This document shows, piece after piece, positions 41,118-56,100 of a DNA stretch of 64,000 nt. The notes below the pieces were generated by a model, which saw only the letters and a program-made list of their open reading frames with translations, did no database searches and had not been told where the DNA came from. The position numbers and the translations under genes are program-made. The DNA comes from Eledone cirrhosa (Eukaryota), in assembly GCA_964016885.1 (NCBI GenBank), contig OZ024740.1, forward strand, positions 208,382,001 through 208,446,000. The letters are read 5' to 3'. How positions within the stretch are numbered: position 1 is the first letter of the stretch; the number at the start of each line of letters is the position of its first letter.

Positions 41118-44100
41118 TTGTGGTGTGGAAATAACGAGCATATATTTTTGAAATAGCAGGTATGAATTGTGGAAAATAGCAGTCAAATATTTTGGAAATA
41201 GCAGTAATATATTGTGGAAATAGCAGTAATATATTGTGGAAATAGCAGTAATATATTGTAGAAATAGCAGTAATATATTGTAGAATGAGCAGGTATGTAT
41301 TGTGGAAATAGCAGTAATATATTGTGGAAATAGGAGTAATATATCGTTGAAATAGCAGTAATATATTGTGGAAAGAGCATATATTTATTGTGGAAATAGC
41401 AGTAATATATTGTGGAAATAGCATTAATATTTTGTGAAATAAGCAGTAATATATTGTGGAAATAGAAGTAATATATTGTAGAAATAGCAGCAATATATTG
41501 TGGAAATAGCAGCAATATATTATGGAAATAGCAGTAATATGTTGTGGAAATAGTAGTAATATATTGTGGAAATAGCAGCAATATATTGTGAAAATAGCAG
41601 GTATGCATTTTGGAAATAGCAGTAATATATTGTGGGAATAGCAGTAATATATTGTGGAAATAGCAGCAATATATTGTGGAAATAGCAGTGATATATTGTA
41701 GAAATGGCATGAATATTTTGTGGAAATAGCAATAATATATTATGGAAATAACAGTAATATATTGTGGAAATGGCAGTAATATATTGTAAAAATGGCAGTA
41801 AGATATTGTGGAAATAGCAGTAATATATTGTGGAAAATAGCAGTAATATATTGTGGAAATAGCAGTAATATATTGTGGAAATAGCAGTAATATATCGTTG
41901 AAATAGCAGTAATATATTGTGGAAAGAGCATATATTTATTGTGGAAATAGCAGTAATATATTGTGGAAATAGCATTAATATATTGTTAAATAAGCAGTAA
42001 TATATTGTGGAAATAGAAGTAATATATTGTAGAAATAGCAGCAATATATTGTGGAAATAGCAGCAATATATTATGGAAATAGCAGTAATATGTTGTGGAA
42101 ATATTAGTAATATATTGTGGAAATAGCAGCAATATATTGAGGAAATAGCAGGTATGCATTTTGGAAATAGCAGTAATATATTGTGGAAATAGCAGTAATA
42201 TATTATGTATATAGCAGGTATGTATTGTGGAAATAGCAGGTATGTATTGTGGCAATAACAGTAACATATTGTGGAAATAGCAGGTATGGATTATAGAAAT
42301 AGTGGTAATATATTGTGGAAATAGCAGGTATGTATTGTGGAAATAGCAGTAACATATTGTGGAAATAGCAGGTATGGATTATAGAAATAGTGGTAATATA
42401 TTGTGGAAATAGCAGGTATGTATTGTTGAAATAACAGTAATTAATTCAGGAAATAGCAGTAATATATTGTGGAAATAGCAGTAATATATTGTGGAAATAG
42501 CAGTAATATATTGTTGAAATAGCATGTATGGATTGTGGAAATAACAGTAATATATTGTGGAAATAGCAGGTATGTATTGTTCAAATAGCAGTAATATATT
42601 GTGGAAATGGCAGTAATATATTGTGTAAATAGCGGTAATATATTGTGGAAATAGCAGTAATATATTGTGGAAATAGCAGGAAAATATTGTGGCAATAGCG
42701 GGTACGTATTGTGGAAATAGCCGTATTATATTGATTAAATAGCAGTAATATATTTTGGAAATAGCAAGAATATATTGTGGTAATAGCAGTAATATACTGT
42801 TGAAATAGTAGGTATGGATTGTCGAAATAGCAGTAATATATTGTGGAAATAGCACTAAAATATTGGGGAAATATCAGCAATGTATTGTTGAAATATTAGT
42901 AATATATTGTGGAAATAACAGGTATGTATGGAAATAGCAGTAATATATTGTGGAAATAGCAGGTATGTATTGTGGAAAGAGAAGTAATATATTGTGGAAA
43001 TAGCAGGAATGTATTGTGGACATAGCAGTAATATATTGTGGAAATAGCAGGTATGTATGAGGAAATAGCAATAATATATTGTGGAAATAAAAGGAATGTA
43101 TTTATAAAATAGCAGTAATATATTGCGGAAATAGCAGGTATGTATTGTGGAAATAGCAGTAATATATTGTGAAAATCGCAGTAATATATTGTGGAAATAG
43201 CAGGTATGTATTTTTGAAATAGCAGTAATATATTATGGAAATGGTAGGAATATATTGTGGAAACAGCAGTAATATATTGTGCAAATAACAGTAATATATT
43301 GTGGAAATAGCAGTAATATATTGTGGAAATAGCATTAATATATTGTGAAATTAGCAGTAATATATTGTGGAAATAGAAGTAATATATTGTGGAAATAGCA
43401 GGTATGTATTGTGAAAATAGCAGTAATATATTGTGTAATGAGCAGTTACGTATTGAGGAAATAGCAGTAATATATTGTGTAAAGAGAAGTAATAAATTGT
43501 AGAAATAGCAGCAATATATTGTGGAAATAGAAGCAATATATTGTGGAAATGGCAGCAATATATTGTTGAAATAGCAGATATACATTTTGGAAGCAATAGG
43601 AATATATTGTGGAAATAGCAGTAATATATTGTGGAAATATCAGTAATATATTGTAGCAATAGCAGTAATATATTGTGGAAATAGCAGGTATGTGTTGTGG
43701 AAATAGCAGTAATATATTGTGAAATAGCAGGTATGGATTGTATAAATAGAAGTAATATATTGTGGAAATAGCATTACTATATTGTGGAAATATCATGTAT
43801 GTATGGAAATAGCAGATAAGTATTGTGCAAATAGCAAATATGTATTGTGGAAATAGCAGTAATATATTGTGGAAATATTACTAATATATTGTGGAAGTAG
43901 CACTAAAATATTGTGGAAATAGCAGTAATATAATAGCAGGTATGTGTTGTGGAAATAGCAGGTATGTATTGTGGAAATAGCAGTAATATATTGTGGAAAT
44001 ACCAGGCATCTACTGGGGATATAGCAGTAATATATTCTGGAAATAGCAGTAATATATTGTGGAAATAGCAGGTATGGATTGTAGAAAGAGCAGTAATACG

Positions 44101-47100
44101 TTGTAGAAATAGAGGCATGTATTGTTGAAATAGCAGTAACATATTGTGGAAATATCAGTAATATATTGTTGAAATAGCAGGTATGTATTGTTGAAATAGC
44201 AGCAATATATTGTGGAAATGGCAATAATAAAGTGTGGAAATAGCAGTAATATATTGTTGAAATAGCAGGTATGGCTTGTGGTAATAGCAGGTATGTATTG
44301 TGGAAATAACCGTATTATATTGTGGAAAATAGCAGAAATATATTGTGGCAATTGTAGTAATATATTGTGGAAATAGCTGGAATGTATTGTGGAAATAGTA
44401 CTAATATATTGTGGAAATAGCAGGTATGTATTGTGGAAATAGCAGTAATATATTGTGGAAATATCAGGTACATATTGTGGAAAGAGCAGTAATATATTGT
44501 GGAAATAGCACTAAAATATTGTGGAAGGTGCAGTAGTATATTGTGCAAATAACAGGTATGTATGGAAATAGCAGTAATATATTGTGGAAATAGCAGTAAT
44601 ATATTGTGGAAATAGCAGGTATATATTTTAGAAATAGTAGTAATATATTGTGGAAATGGTAGGAATGTATTATGGAAATAGCAGTAATATATTGTGCAAA
44701 TAACAGTAATATATTGTGGAAATAGCAGTAATATATTGTGGAAATAGCATTAATGTATTGTGAAATTAGCAGTAATATATAGTGGAAACAGCAGTAATAT
44801 ATTGTAGAAATAACAGCAATATATTGTGGAAATAGCAGCAATATATTGTGGAAATATCAGTAATATATGGTGTAAATATCAGTATTATATTGTGGAAATT
44901 GCAGCAATATATTGGGTAAATAGAAGCAATATATTGTGGAAATAGCAGCAATATATTGTGGAAATAGCAGATATACATTTTGGAAACAGCAGGAATATAT
45001 TGTGGAGATAGCAGGTATGTATGGAAATAGCATTAATATATTGCGGAAATAGCAGTAATATATTGTGGAAATAGCAGTAATATATTGTGGAAATAGCAGT
45101 AATATATTGTGGAAATAGCATTACTATATTGTGGAAAAAACAGGTATGTATGGAAACAGAAATAATATATTATCAAAATAGAGAGTGATATATTGTAGAA
45201 ATAGCAGATAAGTATTGTGCAAATAGCAGATTTGTATTGTGGAAATAGCAGTAATATATTGTTGAAATATTACTAATATAATGTGGAAATAGCAGTAACA
45301 TATTGTGGAAATCGCAGTAATATATTGTAGAAATAGCACTAAATTATTGCGGAAAAGCAGTAATAAACTTGGGAAATAGCAGTAATATATTGTGGAAATA
45401 GCAGTAATATAATGTGGAAATAGCAGTATGTATTGTGGAAATAGCAGCAATATATTGTGGGAATAGCAGTAACATATTGTGGAAATAGCAGTAATATATT
45501 GTGGAAATAGCACTAAAATATTGTGGAAAAAGCAGTAATATATTGGGGTGATAGGAGTAGTATATTGTGGAAAAACAGGTATATATGGTAATATCAGTAA
45601 TATATTGTGGAAAAAGCAGTCATATATTGTGGAAATAGCACGTATGAATTGTTGAAATAGCAGTAATATATTGTTGAAATGGTAGGAATATATTGTGGAA
45701 ATAGCAGGTATGTATTGTTAAAATAGCAACAATATATTGTGGAAAGAGCAGCTAGGTTTTGTGGAAATAGCAGTAATATATTATGTAAATAGAAGTAATA
45801 AATTGTGGAAATAGCAGCATATATATTGTGGAAATAACAGTAATATATAGTGGAAACCTCAGCAATATATTGTAGAAATAGCAGCAATATATTGTGGAAA
45901 TAGCAGCAATATATTATGGAAACATCGGTAATATATGGTGGAAATATCAGTAATATATTGTGGAAATAGCAGCAATATATTGTGTAAATAGAAGCAATAT
46001 ATTGTGGAAATAGCAGCAATATATTGTGGAAATAGCAGTAATATATTGTGGAAATAGCCGGTATGTGTTGTGGAAATAGCAGGTATGTATTGTGGAAATA
46101 TCAGTAATATATTGTGTAAATAGCAGTAATATATTGTGGAAATAGCAGGTATGGATTGTTGAAATAGCAGTAATATATTGTGGAAATAGCAGTAATATTT
46201 TGTGGAAATAACATTAATATATTGTGGAAATATCAGCTATGTATGGACATAGCAGTAATATATTGTAGAAATAGCAGTAATATATTGTGGAAATAGCAGT
46301 AATATATTGTGGAAATAGCAGTAATATATTATGGAGATAGCAGTAATGTATTGTGGAATGAGCAGGTATGTATAGTGGAAATAGCAGTAATATATTGTGG
46401 AAATAGCCGTAATATATTTTGGAAATAGCAGGTATGTATTGTGGAAATAGCAATAATATAATGTTCAAATAGCAGTAATATATTGTGGAAATAGCAGTAA
46501 TATATTATGCAAATAGCAGTAATATATTGTGGAAATAGCAGTAATATATTGTGGAAATAGCAGGTATATATTTTAGAAATAGTAGTAATATATTGTGGAA
46601 ATGGTAGGAATGTATTATGGAAATAGCAGTAATATATTGTGCAAATAACAGTAATATATTGTGGAAATAGCAGTAATATATTGTGGAAATAGCATTAATG
46701 TATTGTGAAATTAGCAGTAATATATAGTGGAAACAGCAGTAATATATTGTAGAAATAACAGCAATATATTGTGGAAATAGCAGCAATATATTGTGGAAAT
46801 ATCAGTAATATATGGTGTAAATATCAGTATTATATTGTGGAAATTGCAGCAATATATTGGGTAAATAGAAGCAATATATTGTGGAAATAGCAGCAATATA
46901 TTGTGGAAATAGCAGATATACATTTTGGAAACAGCAGGAATATATTGTGGAGATAGCAGGTATGTATGGAAATAGCATTAATATATTGCGGAAATAGCAG
47001 TAATATATTGTGGAAATAGCAGTAATATATTGTGGAAATAGCAGTAATATTTTGTGGAAATAGCATTAATATATTGTGGAAATATCAGCTATGTATGGAC

Positions 47101-50100
47101 ATAGCAGTAATATATTGTAGAAATAGCAGTAATATATTGTGGAAATAGCAGTAATATATTGTGGAAATAGCAGTAATATATTATGGAGATAGCAGTAATG
47201 TATTGTGGAATGAGCAGGTATGTATAGTGGAAATAGCAGTAATATATTGTGGAAATAGCCGTAATATATTTTGGAAATAGCAGGTATGTATTGTGGAAAT
47301 AGCAATAATATAATGTTCAAATAGCAGTAATATATTGTGGAAATAGCAGTAATATATTATGCAAATAGCAGTAATATATTGTGGAAATAGCAGTAATATA
47401 TTGTGGAAATAGCAGGTATATATTTTAGAAATAGTAGTAATATATTGTGGAAATGGTAGGAATGTATTATGGAAATAGCAGTAATATATTGTGCAAATAA
47501 CAGTAATATATTGTGGAAATAGCAGTAATATATTGTGGAAATAGCATTAATGTATTGTGAAATTAGCAGTAATATATAGTGGAAACAGCAGTAATATATT
47601 GTAGAAATAACAGCAATATATTGTGGAAATAGCAGCAATATATTGTGGAAATATCAGTAATATATGGTGTAAATATCAGTATTATATTGTGGAAATTGCA
47701 GCAATATATTGGGTAAATAGAAGCAATATATTGTGGAAATAGCAGCAATATATTGTGGAAATAGCAGATATACATTTTGGAAACAGCAGGAATATATTGT
47801 GGAGATAGCAGGTATGTATGGAAATAGCATTAATATATTGCGGAAATAGCAGTAATATATTGTGGAAATAGCAGTAATATATTGTGGAAATAGCAGTAAT
47901 ATATTGTGGAAATAGCAGGTATGGATTGTTGAAATAGCAGTAGTATATTGTGGAAATAGCAGTAATATTTTGTGGAAATAGCATTAATATATTGTGGAAA
48001 TATCAGCTATGTATGGACATAGCAGTAATATATTGTAGAAATAGCAGTAATATATTGTGGAAATAGCAGTAATATATTGTGGAAATAGCAGTAATATATT
48101 ATGGAGATAGCAGTAATGTATTGTGGAATGAGCAGGTATGTATAGTGGAAATAGCAGTAATATATTGTGGAAATAGCCGTAATATATTTTGGAAATAGCA
48201 GGTATGTATTGTGGAAATAGCAATAATATAATGTTCAAATAGCAGTAATATATTGTGGAAATAGCAGTAATATATTATGCAAATAGCAGTAATATAATGT
48301 GGAAATAGCATGTATGTATTGTGGAAATAACAGAAATATATTGTGGAAATAGTAGTAATATATTGTGGAAATAGTATGTATGTGTTGTGGAAATAGCAGT
48401 AATATATTGTGGGAATAGCAGTAGTATATTGTGAAATTAGTAGTAATATAGTGTGGAAATAGAAGTAATATATTGTGGAAATAGCAGTTATGTATTGTGA
48501 AAATAGCAGTAATATATTGTGTAAAGAGCAGGTACGCATTGTGGAAATAGCAGTAATATATTGTGTAAATAGAAGTAATAAACGGTGGAAATAGCAGCAT
48601 ATATATATTGTGGAAATAGCAGTAATATATAGTGGAAACAGCAGTAATATATTGTAGAAATAGCAGTAATATATTGTGGAAATAGCAGGTATGTATGGAA
48701 ATAGCATTAATATATTGCGGAAATAGCAAAAATATATTCTGGAAATAGCAGTAATATATTGTGGAAATAGCAGTAATATATTGTGGAAATAGCCGGTATG
48801 TGTTGTGGAAATAGCAGGTATGTATTGTGGAAATAGCAGTAATATATTGTGTAAATAGCAGTAATATATTGTGGAAATAGCAGGTATGGATTGTTGAAAT
48901 AGCAGTAATATATTGTGGAAATAGCAGTAATATTTTGTGGAAATAGCATTAATATATTGTGGAAATATCAGCTATGTATGGACATAGCAGTAATATATTG
49001 TAGAAATAGCAGTAATATATTGTGGAAATAGCAGTAATATATTGTGGAAATAGCAGTAATATATTATGGAGATAGCAGTAATGTATTGTGGAATGAGCGG
49101 GCATGTATAGTGGAAATAGCAGTAATATATTGTGGAAATAGCCGTAATATATTTTGGAAATAGCAGGTATGTATTGTGGAAATAGCAATAATATAATGTT
49201 CAAATAGCAGTAATATATTGTGGAAATAGCAGTAATATATTATGCAAATAGCAGTAATATAATGTGGAAATAGCATGTATGTATTGTGGAAATAACAGAA
49301 ATATATTGTGGAAATAGTAGTAATATATTGTGGAAATAGTAGGTATGTGTTGTGGAAATAGCAGTAATATATTGTGGGAATAGCAGTAGTATATTGTGAA
49401 ATTAGCAGTAATATAGTGTGGAAATAGAAGTAATATATTGTGGAAATAGCAGTTATGTATTGTGAAAATAGCAGTAATATATTGTGTAAATAGAAGTAAT
49501 AAACGGTGGAAATAGCAGCATATATATATTGTGGAAATAGCAGTAATATATAGTGGAAACAGCAGTAATATATTGTAGAAATAGCAGCAATATATTGTGG
49601 AAATAGCAGGTATGTATGGAAATAGCATTAATATATTGCGGAAATAGCAAAAATATATTGTGGAAATAGCAGTAATATATTGTGGAAATAGCAGTAATAT
49701 ATTGTGGAAATAGTAGGTATGTGTTGTGGAAATAGCAGTAATATATTGTGGAAATAGCAGTAATATATTGTGGAAATAGCACTAAATTTTGTGGAAATAG
49801 CAGTAATATATTGGGGTGATAGCAGTAGTATATTGTGGAAATAACAGGTATATATGGAAATAGCAGTAATATATTGTGGAAATAGCAGGTATGTATTGTT
49901 GAAATAGCAGTATTATTTTGTGGAAATGGTAGGAATATATTGTGGAAATAGCAGATACGTATTGTACAAATACCAGGTATGTATTGTGGAAATAGCAGTA
50001 ATATATTATGGAAATATTACTAATATATTGTAGAAATAACACTAAAATATTTTGGAAATAGAAGTAATATATTGTGGAAATAGCAGTAATATATTGTTGA

Positions 50101-53100
50101 AATAGCAGGTATGTGTTGTGGAAATAGCAGTAATATATTGTGGAAATAGCAGTAGCATATTGTGGAAATAGCATTAATATATTGTGAAAATAGCACTGAA
50201 ATATTGTGGAAAAGCAGTAATATATTTTGGAAAAGGCACTAAAATATTTTGGAAATAGCAATAATATATTGGAGAAATAGCAGCAATATATTGTTGAGAT
50301 AACAGTAGTATATTGTGGAAATAACAGGTTTGTATGGAAATAGCAGTAATATATTGTGTATATAGCATGTATGTATTGTGGAAATAACAGTAATACATTG
50401 TGGAAATGGCAGTAATATATTGTGGAAATAGCAGTAATATATTATGGAGATAGCAGTAATATATTGTGGAATGAGCAGGTATGTATAGTGGAAATAGCAG
50501 TAATATATTGTGGAAATAGCCGTAATATATTTTGGAAATAGCAGGTATGTATTGTGGAGATAGCAATAATATAATGTTCAAATAGCAGTAATATATTGTG
50601 GAAATAGCAGTAATATATTATGCAAATAGCAGTAATATATTGTGGAAATAGCATGTATGTATTGTGGAAATAACAGAAATATATTGTGGAAATAGCAGTA
50701 ATATATTGTGGAAATAGTAGGTATGTGTTGTGGAAATAGCAGTAATATATTGTGGAAATAGCAGTAATATATTGTGAAATTAGCAGTTATGTATTGTAAA
50801 AATAGCAGTAATATATTGTGTAAAGAGCAGGTACGCATTGTGGAAATAGCAGTAATATATTATGTAAATAGAAGTAATAAACGGTGGAAATAGCAGCATA
50901 TATATATTGTGGAAATAGCAGTAAGATATAGTGGAAACAGCAGTAATATATTGTAGAAATAGCAGCAATATATTGTGGAAATAGCAGGTATGTATGGAAA
51001 TAGCATTAATATATTGCGGAAATAGCAAAAATATATTGTGGAAATAGCAATAATATATTGTGGAGATAGCAGTAATATATTGTGGAAATAGTAGGTATGT
51101 GTTGTGGAAATAGCACAAAAATTTTGTGGAAATAGCAGTAATATATTGGGGTGATAGCAGTAGTATATTGTGGAAATAACAGGTATATATGGAAATAGCA
51201 GTAATATATTGTGGAAATAGCAGTAATATATTGTGGAAATAGCAGTTATGTATTGTTGAAATAGCAGTAATATTTTGTGGAAATAGTAGGAATATATTGT
51301 GGAAATAGCAGGTATGTATTGTGAAAATAGCAGCAATATATTGTGGAATGAGCAGGTACGTATTGTGGAAATAGCAGTAATATATTGTGTAAATAGAAGT
51401 AATGAATTGTGGAAATAGCAGCATATATATATTGTGGAAATAGCAGTAATATATAGTGGAAACAGCAGTAATATATTGTAGAAATAGCAGCAATATATTA
51501 TGGAAATAGCAGCAATATATTGTGGAAATATCAGTAATATATGGTGGAAATATCAGTAATATATTGTGGAAATAGCAGCAATATATTGGGGAAATAGCAG
51601 TAATATATTGTGGAAATAACAGTGATATATTGTGCAAATAGCAGATACGTATTGTGCAAATAGCAGGTATGTATTGTGGAAATAGCAGTAATATATTGTG
51701 GAAATATTACTAACATATTGTAGAAATAACACTAAAATATTGTGGAAATAGAAGTAATATATTGTGGAAATAGCAGTAATATATTGTTGGAATAGCAGGT
51801 ATGTGTTGTGGAAATAGCAGTAATATATTGTGGAAATAGCAGTAGCATATTGTGGAAATAGCATTAATATACTGTGGAAATAGCACTGAAATATTGTGGA
51901 AAAGCAGTAATATATTTTGGAAAAGGCACTAAAATATTTTGGAAATAGCAATACTATATTGGAGAAATAGCAGCAATATATTGTTGAGATAACAGTAGTA
52001 TATTGTGGAAATAACAGGTATGTATGGATATAGCAGTAATATATTGTGTAAATAGCAGGAATGTATTGTCTAAATAACAGTAATATATGTGGAAATGACA
52101 GTAATATAGTGTGCAAATAGCAGTAATATATCGTGGAAATAGGAGTAATATATTATGGAGATAGCAGTAATATATTGTGGAACGAGCAGGTATGTATAGT
52201 TGAAATAGCAGTAATATATAGTGGAAACAGCAGTAATATATTGTAGAAATAACAGCAATATATTGTGGAAATAGCAGCAATATATTGTGGAAATATCAGT
52301 AATATATGGTGTGAATATCAGTATTATATTGTGGAAATTGCAGCAATATATTGGGTAAATAGAAGCAATATATTGTGGAAATAGCAGCAATATATTGTGG
52401 AAATAGCAGATATACATTTTGGAAACAGCAGGAATATATTGTGGAGATAGCAGGTATGTATGGAAATAGCATTAATATATTGCGGAAATAGCAGTAATAT
52501 ATTGTGGAAATAGCAGTAATATATTGTGGAAATAGCAGTAATATATTGTGGAAATAGCATTACTATATTGTGGAAAAAACAGGTATGTATGGAAACAGAA
52601 ATAATATATTATCAAAATAGAGAGTGATATATTGTAGAAATAGCAGATAAGTATTGTGCAAATAGCAGATTTGTATTGTGGAAATAGCAGTAATATATTG
52701 TTGAAATATTACTAATATAATGTGGAAATAGCAGTAACATATTGTGGAAATCGCAGTAATATATTGTAGAAATAGCTCGAATGTATTGTGGAAATAGTAC
52801 TAATATGATGTGGAAATAGCAGGTAAGTGTTGTGGAAGTAGCAGTAATGTATTGTGGAAATAGCAGTAAGATATTGTTGAAATAGCAGTAATATATTGTG
52901 GTAATAGCAATATATATTGTGGAAATAGCAGTAATATATTGGGGGAATAGCAGTAGTATATTGTGGAAATAACAGGTATGCATGGAAATAGCAGTAATAT
53001 ATTGTGGAAATAGCAGTAATATATTGTGCAAATAACAATAATATATTGTGGAAATAGCAGTAATATATTTTAGAAATAGCATTAATATATTGTAAAATTA

Positions 53101-56100
53101 GCAGTAATATATTGTGGAAATAGCAGTAATATATTGTGGAAAGAGCAGGTACGTATTGTGGAAATAGCACCATATATATATATTGTGGAAATAGCAGTAA
53201 TATATAGTAGAAACAGCAGTAATATATTGTGCAAATTGCAGCAATATATTGTGGAAATATCAGTAATATATGGTGGAATTATCAGTAATATATTGTGGAA
53301 ATAGCAGCAATATATTGTGTAAATAGAAGCAATATATTGTGGAAATAGCAGTAATATATTGTAATATTAGAGGTATGTATTGTTGAAATAGCTGTAATAT
53401 ATTGTGGAAATAGCAGTAATATATTGTAATAATAGAGGTATTTATTGTTGAAATAGCTGTAATATATTTTGGAAATAGCAGTAATATATTGTGGAAATAG
53501 CAGTAATATATTGTTGAAATAGCAGGTTTGGATTATGGAAATAGCAGTAATATATTGTGGAAATAGCAGGTATGTATTGTTGAAATATAAGTAATATATT
53601 GTGGAAATGGCAGTAATAAAGTGTGGAAATAGCATTAATATATTGTGGAAATAACAGTAATATATTGTGGGAATAGCTGCATGTATTGTGGAAATAGTAC
53701 TAATATATTTTGGAAATAGCAGGTAAATATTGTGGAAATAGCACTAATATATTGTGGAAAATAGCAGTAATATATTGTCGAAATTGCAGTAATATATTGT
53801 GGAAATAGCTGCATGTATTGTGGAAATAGTACTAATATATTGTGGAAATAACAGGTATGTATTGTGGAAATAGCAGTAATATATTGTGGAAATAGCAGTA
53901 ACAAATTGTTGGAATAGCCGTAATATATTGTGGAAATAGCAGGAATATATTGTGGAAATAGCAGTAATATATTGTGGAAGTAGCAGGTATGTATTGTGGA
54001 AATAGCAGTAATATATTGTTGAAATAACAGGTATGTTTATAAATAGCAGTGATATATTCTGGAAATAGCAGATAAGTATTGTGCAAATAGCAGGTATGTA
54101 TTTTGGAAATAGCAGTAATATATTGTGGAAATAGCAGTAATATATTGTGGAAATAGCGGTAATATATTGGGGAAATAGCAGGTATGTGTTGTGGAAATTG
54201 CAGGTATGTATTGTGGAAATAACAGTATTATATTGTGGAAATAGCAGTAATTTATTGTGAAAATGCCAGGTAATATATTTTGGAAATAGCATTAATATAT
54301 TGTGAAATTAGCAGTAATATATTGTGGAAATAGCAGTAATATATTGTGTAAAATAGCAGTAATTTATTGTGCAAATCGCAGCAATATATTGTGTAAATAT
54401 CAGTAATATATGGTGGAAATATCAGTAATATATTGTGGAAATAGCAGCAATATATTGTGTAAATAGAAGCAATATATTGTGCAAAAAGCAGTAATATATT
54501 GTGGAAATAGCAGGTATGGATTGTAGAAATAGCAGTAATATATTGTAATAATAGAGGTATGTATTGTTGAAATAGCTGTAATATATTGTGGAAATAGCAG
54601 GCATGTATTGTTGAAATAAAAGTAATATATTGTGGAAAAGGCAGTAATAAAGTGTGGAAATAGCATTAATATATTGTGGAAATAGCAGTAAACTATTGTG
54701 GAAATAGCAGTAACATATTGTGGAAATAGCAGTAATATATTGTGGAAATAGCTGCATGTATCGTGGAAATAGTACTAATATATTTTCGAAATAGCAGGTA
54801 AATATTGTGGAAATAGCATTAATATATTGTGGAAATAGCAGTAAAATATTGTGGAAATAGCAGTAATATATTGTCGAAATTGCAGTAATATATTTTGGAA
54901 ATAGCTACATGTATTGTGGAAATAGTACTAATATATTGTGGAAATAGCAGGTATGTATTGTGGCAATAGCAGTAATATATTGTGGAAATAGCAGTAACAT
55001 ATTGTTGAAATAGCAGTAATATATTGTGGAAATAGCAGGAATATATTGTGGAAATAGCAGTAGTATATTGTGGAAATAGCAGTAATATATTGTGGAAATA
55101 GCAGGTATGTATTGTGGAAATAGCAGTAATATATTGTTGAAATAACAGGTATGTTTATAAATAGCAGTGATATATTCTGGAAATAGCAGATAAGTATTGT
55201 GCAAATAGCAGGTATGTATTTTGGAAATAGCAGTAATATATTGTGGAAATAGCAGTAATATATTGTGGAAATACAGTAATATATTGGGGGAATAGCAGGT
55301 AATATATTGTGGAAATAGCAGTAATATATTGTGGAAATAGCAGGTGTGTATTGTCGAAATAGCAGGTTTGGTTTGTGGAAATGGTAGTAATATATTGGGG
55401 AAATAGCTGTAATATATTGTGGAAACAGCTGTATTATATTGTGGGAATAGCAGGTATGTATAGTGGAAATAGCAGTAATATATTGTTGAAATAGCAGTAA
55501 CATATTGTGGAAATAGCATTAATATATTGTGGAAATAGCACTAAAATATTTTGGAAATAGCAGTAATATATTGGAGAAATAGCAGCAATATATTGTTAAG
55601 ATAGCAGTAGTATATTGTGTAAATAACAGGTATGTATGGAAATAGCAGTAATATATTGTGGAAATAGCAGTAATATATTGTGCAAATAGCAGTAATATAT
55701 TGTGCAGATAGCAGTAATATATTGTGGAATGAGCAGGTATGTATAGTGGAAATAGCAGTAATGTATTGTGGAAATGGCAGTAATATATTTTGGAAATAGC
55801 AGGTATGTATTGTGGAAATAGCGGTAACATATTGTTGAAATAGCAGTAATATATTGTGGAAATAGCAGTAATATATCGTGTAAATAGCAGTAATATATTG
55901 TGGAAATACCATGTATGTATTGTGGAAATAGCAGTAATATATTGTGGAAATAACATTAATATATTGTGAAATTAGCAGTAATATATTGTGGAAATAGAAG
56001 TAATATATAGTGGAAATAGCAGTAATATATTGTAAAAATAGCAGTAATATATTGTGGAAACAGCAGGTACGTATTGTGGAAATAGCAATAACATATTGTG